Assembly: GCA_021811055.1 (NCBI GenBank)
Contig: JAJZPU010000001.1
Location: 1-50,233 of the forward strand
Reading direction: 5' to 3'
Origin: a bacterium
GTDB lineage: Bacteria; Patescibacteriota; Minisyncoccia; UBA6257; GWB1-50-10
DNA length: 50,233 bases
In this document: piece after piece, positions 9,267-16,668 of the stretch
Layout of the letters: every line of letters begins with the position of its first letter
Position numbering within the stretch: the first letter of the stretch is position 1
Translations under genes and position numbers: made by a program
Notes under the pieces: generated by a model
The model's database searches: none
The model's input: the letters and a program-made list of their open reading frames with translations, nothing else
What the model was told of the DNA's origin: nothing

Positions 9267-10670
9267 CTACTTAATACTTTTTCGGACGAATGGTCCGAGA
9301 GGCGTATCCTCTACTTCATATCCTAGCGCACGGACGTCATTTCTCAAAGCGTCGGCGTGGGTAAACTGTTTATGAATCCTGGATAACTCGCGTTCCGCAA
9401 CGAGTTCCGATACTTTTTCGGGAATCGCGGGGAGAATATCCTTAAATCCGAGGTTTTTAAGAGAAGAAATACAGACCTCTCTTGTTTTTTGCGCGACCCT
9501 CGGAGAGAGGGAATAGAGATCGTTATATGCCGCATTCATAAGTGTGTGCAGTGCGGCGAGCGCTTCGGGAGTATTGAAATCGTCTTCCATTGCTTTGTGG
9601 AATGAGACCTCGAATTTCGTTATTTCCGCCCGCAGTACATCCTCATTTTTTCCAGATCCTTTTTCCGCAACGAGGGCAAGTTGTGCGAGAAAATCGACAA
9701 TTTGCCGGAAATTCGTTTTTGTAAAAGAGACGGCATCGTCGGAAAAATTGAACGCGGCGCGATAGTGGTGCTGGAGTATCAAGAGACGGAATTCGTCTGG
9801 AGAGAGTTTGGAAAGTATGTCGTGCACGGTAACGAAATTACCGAGACTTTTCGACATTTTTTGTCCGTTCACCTGCAGGAATCCCACATGCATCCATAGT
9901 TTTACGAATGGTTTTTTCCCCGATGCCGATTCCTGTTGTGCAATTTCGGCTTCGTGATGTGGAAATTTCAAATCAACGCCGCCGCCGTGAATGTCGTATT
10001 GTATTCCGAAAAAAGATTCGGTGATAGCGGTGTCTTCTATATGCCATCCCGGGCGTCCGCTTCCGAACGGCGCGTCCCAGGATGGTTCATATTTTTTGTT
10101 TTCCGATGAAGAAAACTTCCAAAGACAAAAATCGCCCGTATTTTTTTTATTTCTGCTCGTATCGATCCGTGAGACACCGTCTTCCGCCTGTGCGATGGTG
10201 CGATGCGCGAGTTTTCCGTAATCGGGGAATTTGGAAAGATCGAAATACCATCCGTCTCCATCGATGCGGTACGCATATCCTTTTTTTATAAGCGTCGTCA
10301 CCTGGGAAATAATAGCGGGTATATGATCGGTTGCGCGTGCATATCGATCCACCATGCCGATGTTCAGAAGCGTATTATTCTCAATAAATTCCTTTTCGTA
10401 TCTTTCGGAAATGTTTTTCCATGATGTTTTTTCTTGCTCCGCTCGCGCGATAATCTTATCGTCCACGTCGGTGATGTTTTGAAGGTAGAACACCTTGAAT
10501 CCGCGGCTTCGAAGGTAGCGTACGATAATATCGAACGACATGAAGGTGCGGAGATTTCCGATATGGGGAGAATCGTATACGGTGGGACCGCAGACAAAAA
10601 GCTTCAGTTTTCTAAAGAAAGGTTTTTTTAAAATCTCTTTTTTTTCGGTAAGGGAATTATAGATAAGCAT
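9267..10670 (-). CDS. cysS: Cysteine--tRNA ligase
   Basis: 467 aa with class I signatures HIGN (PHIGNLRT) and KMSKS, and typical CysRS length and order. Confidence 0.95.
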   Translation of the reverse strand: MLIYNSLTEKKEILKKPFFRKLKLFVCGPTVYDSPHIGNLRTFMSFDIIVRYLRSRGFKVFYLQNITDVDDKIIARAEQEKTSWKNISERYEKEFIENNTLLNIGMVDRYARATDHIPAIISQVTTLIKKGYAYRIDGDGWYFDLSKFPDYGKLAHRTIAQAEDGVSRIDTSRNKKNTGDFCLWKFSSSENKKYEPSWDAPFGSGRPGWHIEDTAITESFFGIQYDIHGGGVDLKFPHHEAEIAQQESASGKKPFVKLWMHVGFLQVNGQKMSKSLGNFVTVHDILSKLSPDEFRLLILQHHYRAAFNFSDDAVSFTKTNFRQIVDFLAQLALVAEKGSGKNEDVLRAEITKFEVSFHKAMEDDFNTPEALAALHTLMNAAYNDLYSLSPRVAQKTREVCISSLKNLGFKDILPAIPEKVSELVAERELSRIHKQFTHADALRNDVRALGYEVEDTPLGPFVRKSIK

Positions 10671-10712
10671 AGTAGTAAGTATTTAGTAGTAAGTATTTAG
10701 TAGTAAGTATAA
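10671..10712. repeat. 14-bp tandem repeat x3 (AGTAGTAAGTATTT / ..TATAA) directly abutting the cysS start codon
   Basis: Units lie at 10671-10684, 10685-10698 and 10699-10712, and the cysS ATG complement is at 10668-10670. The array is related to AGTA-rich motifs in other intergenic regions. Confidence 0.85.
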
Positions 10713-10765
10713 GCCCAGTGAGAAAATTGACTGTATACGTAATACTATATACTTTCTACTGGTTT

Positions 10766-11731
10766 CTATGGGCTCCAGTTCAAGATGATGTCCTTTATAA
10801 CGGGAGTTTCCGTCTGGAGAAGGTCGCTTGCGAGACGCACCTTATATCGGAGATATCGGTAATTCGTGAAATCATTCCTTCGGACGCATATAGGAACGTT
10901 CGGAAGTGCGCACCCGACACCGCCATAGAGTGAGCTGGTGCACGAAAGACCATAGTACGTACTGGCGTCTCCCGAGGGGCCACGGTAGTTCCATGGACCG
11001 CTTGCGCTGTTCGACGCGGCTATCTGGAAATCGACACAGGTATTACCCGGGGAGTCTCCTTGCCAGATGATGCTGTTCAAAAGTGCGCCCGCCGTTGTTT
11101 GTGTATCGAAAATGGACGATTCGAGGTATCCGATGGAACTCGTCGCGCGCCATGTGGTATTTACCTTGAAATTAGAGGAAGCGCAGCTCGAATTGTTTGC
11201 GCAGTTAAAACTTATCCATCCGACGATATCATTCCACGCATAGCCGGAAAAATCGCCATCCGAACCTATTTGCACCTTATAATTCGAGGTGGCGCATTGA
11301 TTCGTGCCTCCGTGCGTCGATTGGTCGCAGTTAAAACTTATCCATCCGATCGTATCGTTCCATGCGTACCCGGAGAGAATTCCCGAAGCGTTGCCGTTCG
11401 GACAGGTGCCGTCCGTATTGTGCGGACCGGGACCGTTGCAAATGCCGTAATTCGAATACGCGCATACGCTTCCCACGGGACTTGTGGTGCAGTCGAGCGA
11501 AACGTCTCCCACGGAAGAGCTCGCGTATCCCTCGACGCGCGTACCTTTCACGAGCACGGTGTTGGTGCCGTTAAAATCCCACCATCCATCGGTGTCTTCC
11601 CACGCGTAACGTGTCGCCGCGGTAGCTCCGATATTCGTTTCGGCACGAACAAGCGGAAAAAGAAACACAAAGAAAAGCGCGCCACAAAGAAATCCGATAA
11701 GCGCATATCCGTATGTCTCGATCCGTTTCAT
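10766..11731 (-). CDS. Secreted Cys-rich protein with GYAW.D..GWISFNC repeats
   Basis: 321 aa with a signal peptide (YALIGFLCGALFFVFLFPLVRAE). The motif is repeated (RYAWEDTDGWWDF, SGYAWNDTIGWISFNC, SGYAWNDIVGWISFNC) and is visible as a ~126-bp DNA repeat (plus-strand gcagttaaaacttatccatccga at ~11201 and ~11327). Confidence 0.75.
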   Translation of the reverse strand: MKRIETYGYALIGFLCGALFFVFLFPLVRAETNIGATAATRYAWEDTDGWWDFNGTNTVLVKGTRVEGYASSSVGDVSLDCTTSPVGSVCAYSNYGICNGPGPHNTDGTCPNGNASGILSGYAWNDTIGWISFNCDQSTHGGTNQCATSNYKVQIGSDGDFSGYAWNDIVGWISFNCANNSSCASSNFKVNTTWRATSSIGYLESSIFDTQTTAGALLNSIIWQGDSPGNTCVDFQIAASNSASGPWNYRGPSGDASTYYGLSCTSSLYGGVGCALPNVPICVRRNDFTNYRYLRYKVRLASDLLQTETPVIKDIILNWSP

Positions 11732-11769
11732 GTACCATCATTATATCATCAATTCGTCGATATTTTATA

Positions 11770-12921
11770 ATGAATATAATGGAGAAAAAACGATGGATAT
11801 ACGCGTTTTGCATCCTCGGAATCGTCATCGCGTGCGTAGTGGCGTATGGGGTGGGTGTTCCGTCTGGGGATTTTGGTTTTTTGCGCTTATTCTCCGCGGA
11901 TATCGGGACTGCGTTCTCCGCGATATTTTTAAGACAGGAAAGGCACATCGGTGAATTTGATTTTAAAAAGGAGACGTCCGATGCTAATAGCACAAGTATC
12001 GAGGAATGTGCGTTCGATGCGGTTTCCCGCCCGGAACGCGCGAAGATACTCATATATGAGATCGCGTGGATGGGGTCGAAAGACGATTATAAGGACGAAT
12101 GGATAGAGTTAAAGAATATTTCCGGTGAAGTGGTCGATATATCGTTATGGAAAATAAAAGATCGTAACGACATTTCTTTTTCGTTCTCGAAAGAAAAAAA
12201 AGTGCTTCCCGGTGAATTGATACTTATTGGAAAAAAGGGATCGGGAAGGGAGCAAATATTCAAGGGCTCGCTGAAGAACGAAGATGAGTATGTGCGCCTT
12301 TTTGATGCCGCGTGTGTATTGCAGGATGAGGCCGGGGGAACAACGTGGGAAGCCGGCAACAATAAAACAAAGCAAACGATGGAACGCGATACCGAGGGAT
12401 TCGGGTGGCACACTTCGAAGTTTGCTGGTGGAACGCCGGGGACGGAAAATTCACGACCGCAAACGCTGCCTCCGAAGCAGATTCAGAAAACGGAAACTCG
12501 AACCGGCGCGGTGGTCCCGGATAACAACGCAAAAACGGAAGACGCTACGACAACGGAAACGGCAAACCGGAAGAGTGCGGATACGATTTCCATCATTGAA
12601 GTGATGTCGGGGAAAGAGGGGAATGCGGCGTATGAGTTTATAAGACTTGGAAATCTTTCTGATAGTCCGGTAGATCTTACCGGATGGACGATAAAGAAGA
12701 GGAGCGGTACCGGAAAGGAGACAACACTGGTTTCGAAAACACGCCTTCAGGGGAAAAGCATTCCCGCGAGTGGATATTTTCTTCTTGCGAACGAGGGCGG
12801 TTATTCCGGCGTTCCGGTTCCCGATGCGTGGTGGCCGAAATCATATGCGCTCGCGCAATCGAATAACGCGGTGGTGCTCTACGGTCCGGACGGGGAAAAA
12901 GTAAGCGAGTTCTCGTGGTAA
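11770..12921 (+). CDS. Membrane-anchored protein with two lamin-tail-domain (LTD)-like modules
   Basis: The track ORF 11713.. overlaps the divergent gene, so the likely start is ATG 11770 or 11779 (MEKKRWIYAFCILGIVIACVVAYG is a TM helix). The two LTD-like segments are ILIYEIAWMGS..DEWIELKNISGEVVDISLWKI and ISIIEVMSG...EFIRLGNLSDSPVDLTGWTIKK...AVVLYGPDG. Confidence 0.75.
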   Translation: MNIMEKKRWIYAFCILGIVIACVVAYGVGVPSGDFGFLRLFSADIGTAFSAIFLRQERHIGEFDFKKETSDANSTSIEECAFDAVSRPERAKILIYEIAWMGSKDDYKDEWIELKNISGEVVDISLWKIKDRNDISFSFSKEKKVLPGELILIGKKGSGREQIFKGSLKNEDEYVRLFDAACVLQDEAGGTTWEAGNNKTKQTMERDTEGFGWHTSKFAGGTPGTENSRPQTLPPKQIQKTETRTGAVVPDNNAKTEDATTTETANRKSADTISIIEVMSGKEGNAAYEFIRLGNLSDSPVDLTGWTIKKRSGTGKETTLVSKTRLQGKSIPASGYFLLANEGGYSGVPVPDAWWPKSYALAQSNNAVVLYGPDGEKVSEFSW

Positions 12922-12951
12922 GCCCGAAAAGTTTTTCACTGGGATAATTTT

Positions 12952-12980
12952 TCAGCCCATCTAAGAATAAGATGGGCTGA
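12952..12980. terminator. Hairpin terminator between convergent genes
   Basis: TCAGCCCATC (12952-12961) pairs with GATGGGCTGA (12971-12980) around a 9-nt loop. TTTT lies on the 5' side and an AT-rich tract on the 3' side. Confidence 0.65.
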
Positions 12981-12987
12981 TGTAAAT

Positions 12988-13338
12988 TTATTGAATCGAA
13001 TTTTTCTTCGCTTCTTTCACTCGTCCAATCAAGCGAATGGTACGAGCAAAAGCGAGGGGTAGCATGCTTGCGTTCAATATCTTTTCGAACGCATTCATGG
13101 GTACGTTCTTTTCGAGAAGCTCGTTATATACAACGGTGTTCCCGTAGATTGCGTCAAAAAGGATAAGTGTAAACAATACCGTGCATACCAAAGTGATCAA
13201 CTGGCAGAACAGAGCTTCTCCAAAACGTTTTACAATATCACTCTGATACGATTCTTTTTTTGCTCTGTTTGATTTCAAGAGCGAAAAAGAAACAGACGCT
13301 AAGATTAAGACGACTAGAAGATTGGTATAAAATTCCAT
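12988..13338 (-). CDS. Hypothetical small membrane protein
   Basis: 116-aa ORF with two hydrophobic helices (LLVVLILASVSFSLL, LITLVCTVLFTLILF). I recognise no family. Confidence 0.5.
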   Translation of the reverse strand: MEFYTNLLVVLILASVSFSLLKSNRAKKESYQSDIVKRFGEALFCQLITLVCTVLFTLILFDAIYGNTVVYNELLEKNVPMNAFEKILNASMLPLAFARTIRLIGRVKEAKKNSIQ

Positions 13339-13599
13339 TCTCTTGATTCCTTCCGATTATGATTAAATTTTCTGTGACAATTATAGCATATAAATATTAT
13401 ATTGTCAATATATAAAAATGCCCTTCGAACTTTTAAGAACGAAGGGCGAGAATGCCACATATTGTGGCGTAGGAGGTTATGGATCCGGAGACAGCATAAG
13501 GAGCAGGTCATGGTCAGAAATCTATCGAATTTCCATATTTAAAATACACAATATCTCAAACATCTATATATAGTATAGCACAAATAGGTATCGTATTTA

Positions 13600-13628
13600 T
13601 TGACTTTTTATATATATTGTGCTATAAT
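13600..13628 (+). promoter_or_regulatory. Consensus sigma-70-type promoter: TTGACT-17 nt-TATAAT with TGc extended -10
   Basis: TTGACT is at 13600-13605, TGC at 13620-13622 and TATAAT at 13623-13628. It is followed by the SD AAAGGAGGA and ATG 13657. Confidence 0.7.
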
Positions 13629-13656
13629 CGGCACAGAAACTAAAGGAGGATTTACA

Positions 13657-14094
13657 ATGCCAAATATGGTATTGCGATGCGCTGATTGCGGATATGAAGG
13701 GAAGGTAGTTGAATTTCTGGATTACGAAGAAGGCGCTTTTCCAAAGCAGCGCTGCCCTTCTTGTGGTTCGGAAAAAATTATTACCGAAAAAAAACAAAGC
13801 CCAATTCCAACAATTACCGGAAGAGTGTGTCAATTTTGTGGAAAAAAGGAAATTAAATATTTCTCGTTCAATTCCACAAGAGAAGATTCATACTTTTCGG
13901 ATAATCTTACGTGTTGTGAAGACGACGCGTGTAAAGAAGCTTTGAAAAGAAAAGTCATATCCTACGATAATAATCCGAAGCTCGTGCTCATTTCTTCTTT
14001 CTCTCCGTTGTCGTTCTCTCCGAGAGACAGAGTAAAAGCGGGGAAGTTTTTCAGAAAGATAACTTCCAAAACAATTCCATCTCATCCAAGGTAA
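13657..14094 (+). CDS. Small zinc-ribbon protein (CxxC x2 plus CxxC), hypothetical
   Basis: The start at ATG 13657 is chosen because of the canonical SD GGAGG 7-8 nt upstream. Sequence features are MPNMVLRCADCGYEG...RCPSCGSEK...VCQFCGKKE and a low-complexity C-terminus. Confidence 0.6.
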   Translation: MPNMVLRCADCGYEGKVVEFLDYEEGAFPKQRCPSCGSEKIITEKKQSPIPTITGRVCQFCGKKEIKYFSFNSTREDSYFSDNLTCCEDDACKEALKRKVISYDNNPKLVLISSFSPLSFSPRDRVKAGKFFRKITSKTIPSHPR

Positions 14095-14128
14095 CAAGGG
14101 TGAGATTTTTTTTATATTTCGTTTTAGG

Positions 14129-14134
14129 TATACT
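14129..14134 (+). promoter_or_regulatory. -10 hexamer TATACT 6 nt upstream of ATG 14141 (candidate leaderless promoter)
   Basis: Reads TATACT-tctcgt-ATG with no SD. Confidence 0.4.
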
Positions 14135-14140
14135 TCTCGT

Positions 14141-14614
14141 ATGATCGCCGTGCTCGACAATATACGGAGCGTACACAATGTCGGATCCATTTTTCGCACC
14201 GCGGATGGGGCGGGATTCGAAGAAATATATCTTTGCGGAGTAACGCCCACTCCCGTTGACCGCTTCGGAAAACTCAGAGGCGATTTCGCAAAGACGGCAC
14301 TTGGCGCGGAGAAAAAGGTAAAGTGGAAGTACGCCCCTTCGACGGCACGCGTCCTGAACACCTTGAAGAAAGAGGGATGGCATATTATCGCGCTTGAGCA
14401 GGCGAAGGGATCCGTATCATACCGAAAAGTGAAGATTCCGAAAAAACAGAAAGAAAAAACGGCACTTGTGGTGGGGAATGAGGTGAAGGGTATCCCGAAA
14501 TCCGTTTTGAAATATGCCGACACGATCATGGAAATACCCATGCGTGGGAAAAAGGAATCGTTGAACGTTTCCGTGTCGTTCGGCATCGCGGCATATGCGC
14601 TTGCCGACAATTGA
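14141..14614 (+). CDS. SpoU/TrmH-family RNA 2'-O-methyltransferase
   Basis: 157 aa with SPOUT motifs: LDNIRSVHNVGSIFRTADGAG, ALVVGNEVKGIP, IPMRGKKESLNVSVSFGIAAYAL. Confidence 0.9.
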   Translation: MIAVLDNIRSVHNVGSIFRTADGAGFEEIYLCGVTPTPVDRFGKLRGDFAKTALGAEKKVKWKYAPSTARVLNTLKKEGWHIIALEQAKGSVSYRKVKIPKKQKEKTALVVGNEVKGIPKSVLKYADTIMEIPMRGKKESLNVSVSFGIAAYALADN

Positions 14615-14615
14615 T

Positions 14616-15092
14616 ATGCGACTATTCATGAATAAAAAAATAATCGTTATCGCCGTTTTTATCGTTGTATGCGCGGGATATCTTGTGCTGTTTTCAAAAA
14701 AAGTTTCCGATGTGACGATAGAGAGACCGTTTGTGACCGTACACAACAAAAATATTTACGTGACTCTTGCACGGACACCAGATGAACAACAACGCGGACT
14801 TTCGGGAATGTCCGCGCTTCCGGAGGACGAAGGAATGTTATTTCTTTTCGGAGAAAAGCAGCGCATAGGATTTTGGATGAAAGAGATGAATTTTCCGATT
14901 GACATTGTGTGGATATCCGGACATACGGTCGTCGGCATTGAAAAGAACATCGATCCGCAGATCGGCGCGGAAGAAGAGGAATTGAGAATATATTACCCTC
15001 CGAAACCCACAGATACGGTACTCGAAATAAACGCGGGGAAAGCGGATGAATGGGGGATAACAATAGGAAATACGATTCTGTTTTCAGAGTAG
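14616..15092 (+). CDS. DUF192-family protein (membrane-anchored)
   Basis: Has an N-terminal TM helix and a DUF192-like core (ARTPDEQQRGLSGM...GMLFLF......FWMKEMNFPIDIVWI). The start could be 14595, 14616 or 14628. Confidence 0.8.
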   Translation: MRLFMNKKIIVIAVFIVVCAGYLVLFSKKVSDVTIERPFVTVHNKNIYVTLARTPDEQQRGLSGMSALPEDEGMLFLFGEKQRIGFWMKEMNFPIDIVWISGHTVVGIEKNIDPQIGAEEEELRIYYPPKPTDTVLEINAGKADEWGITIGNTILFSE

Positions 15093-15388
15093 AGGGGCAA
15101 AAACAAATGTTTCATCACGAGAAGCCGCGGTTCAATTTTTCCGGCGAAAATTGCCCGCTGTCTCTCGGTATAAAAAGTCGCTTTGCGACACCAATCTTTT
15201 TATACCTGCGAGAACCTTCTCGTAACGAAAAATCTGTTTTTATTGATGCTTCTATCACATATTCTTTCTCATTGGAGCATCTTCGAAAATATGTCGATCT
15301 GCCAAGCTGGTAGATTACCCTTGCTCGAAAGTGTGTGATGAATCTTGTTCTAGGGGTCAATAACTAACAACTGTTCGTTATTTTGTTA

Positions 15389-15394
15389 TATAAT
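15389..15394 (+). promoter_or_regulatory. -10 hexamer TATAAT 8 nt upstream of the gap ATG (candidate leaderless promoter)
   Basis: Reads tgtTATATAAT-gtgtgtgt-ATG(15403) with no SD. Confidence 0.45.
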
Positions 15395-15402
15395 GTGTGT
15401 GT

Positions 15403-16431
15403 ATGACAAAAATAGCCATAAACGGGTTTGGGAGGATCGGTCGCTTGTTTTTCAGAAAGACATTTAGGGATAACGCTCTCGATATCCTTGCCATAAACGA
15501 TCTCGGAGATGTCGAAAATCTCGCGTATCTTTTGAAATACGATACAGTATATGGTCAGTACGAAAAAGAGGTGTATGCCGACGTTTCCGGAGAAGAAAAG
15601 TATCTTGTGGTGGATGGGAAGAAAATACGGTTCTTTCAGGAAAAAGATCCAATGAAGCTTCCATGGGGAATATTGGGAATCGATATCGTGCTCGAATCGA
15701 CCGGGGTATTCGAATCGTTCGAAAAAGCGAATATACATTGCACCGCGGGAGCGAAACGCACGATTCTTACGGCGCCCGCAAAAGACGCGGATGGCGCGAT
15801 CGGCAGAACGGTGCTTATGGGAATCAACGAGGACGCGTTGAAAGACGTGCGGGTAAGTTCGAATGCGTCGTGTACGACAAATGCCGCATCTCCCGCGATC
15901 CAAATTCTTCAGGAGACCATAGGTATCGAAAAAGCGATATTGAATACCGTGCATGGGTATACCGCAACGCAGAGTATTGTTGATGGACCGATAAGAGGAA
16001 ACGATTTTCGGAGGGGTCGTGCGGCCGCGCAGAATATTGTGCCCTCGACAACGGGAGCGGCGATCGCGGTGACGCGCGCGGTACCCGCGCTTGAGGGAAA
16101 ATTCGACGGTGTTTCGATGCGTGTGCCGGTGCCGTCGGGATCGGTCGCGGATATTACGTGCGTCATGAAGCGGGATACGACATCCGAAGAAATAAATACC
16201 ATATTCAGGAATGCGGCAAAGGAAAAGCGATGGGAGGGAATTCTCAAGGTGACCGAAGATCAGGTGGTATCATCGGACATTCTCGGTGAGCCGTACGGCG
16301 CGATTATCGATTGCGCATTTACGAAGGTGGTGGGAGGAAATCTCGTGAAAATTCTTTCGTGGTACGACAATGAGGCGGGATATGTGGCAATGCTCATAAA
16401 GCACGTGTATGCCACGGCGAAGTTTCTTTAA
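15403..16431 (+). CDS. gap: Glyceraldehyde-3-phosphate dehydrogenase
   Basis: Has MTKIAINGFGRIGR, the active-site SNASCTTN, and typical length of ~343 aa. Confidence 0.95.
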   Translation: MTKIAINGFGRIGRLFFRKTFRDNALDILAINDLGDVENLAYLLKYDTVYGQYEKEVYADVSGEEKYLVVDGKKIRFFQEKDPMKLPWGILGIDIVLESTGVFESFEKANIHCTAGAKRTILTAPAKDADGAIGRTVLMGINEDALKDVRVSSNASCTTNAASPAIQILQETIGIEKAILNTVHGYTATQSIVDGPIRGNDFRRGRAAAQNIVPSTTGAAIAVTRAVPALEGKFDGVSMRVPVPSGSVADITCVMKRDTTSEEINTIFRNAAKEKRWEGILKVTEDQVVSSDILGEPYGAIIDCAFTKVVGGNLVKILSWYDNEAGYVAMLIKHVYATAKFL

Positions 16432-16437
16432 CCTGTA

Positions 16438-16668
16438 ATGAAAAAAGAAAATGTGTTCCTATCGTGCATCGTATTCCTGCTTTTTTGCATTTTTCTTTTT
16501 TATGCCCATATCGAGATACGGCGGCTTATCGCGTTGCGCGTGAAGAGCGCGCTTGAATTGAGCCGCACCACTTCGGTATATCTCCGCACCATGCAGGCCG
16601 CATCCTCGTATGACGTGGAAAACAAAGGATCGTTTATTTTTCAAAATGAGAATGGAAGAAAACAATAA
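16438..16668 (+). CDS. Hypothetical small membrane protein
   Basis: 76-aa ORF with one TM helix (VFLSCIVFLLFCIFLFYA). It overlaps the start region of the next gene, so its coding status is uncertain. Confidence 0.35.
   Translation: MKKENVFLSCIVFLLFCIFLFYAHIEIRRLIALRVKSALELSRTTSVYLRTMQAASSYDVENKGSFIFQNENGRKQ

Noticed and set aside
10671-10712. CRISPR-like array
   Set aside because: The units are 14 bp and directly tandem with no spacers, and no cas genes are present.
13888-14610. 240-aa minus-strand ORF
   Set aside because: It lies entirely antisense to the well-supported SpoU methyltransferase and zinc-ribbon genes. Its composition is Ser/Phe/Arg-rich and low-complexity with no motifs, which is typical of a shadow ORF.
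15050-15360. 87-aa (+) and 81-aa (-) ORFs in the DUF192-gap spacer
   Set aside because: They overlap each other, have weak or non-ATG starts and no motifs. I treated the region as non-coding of unknown status.
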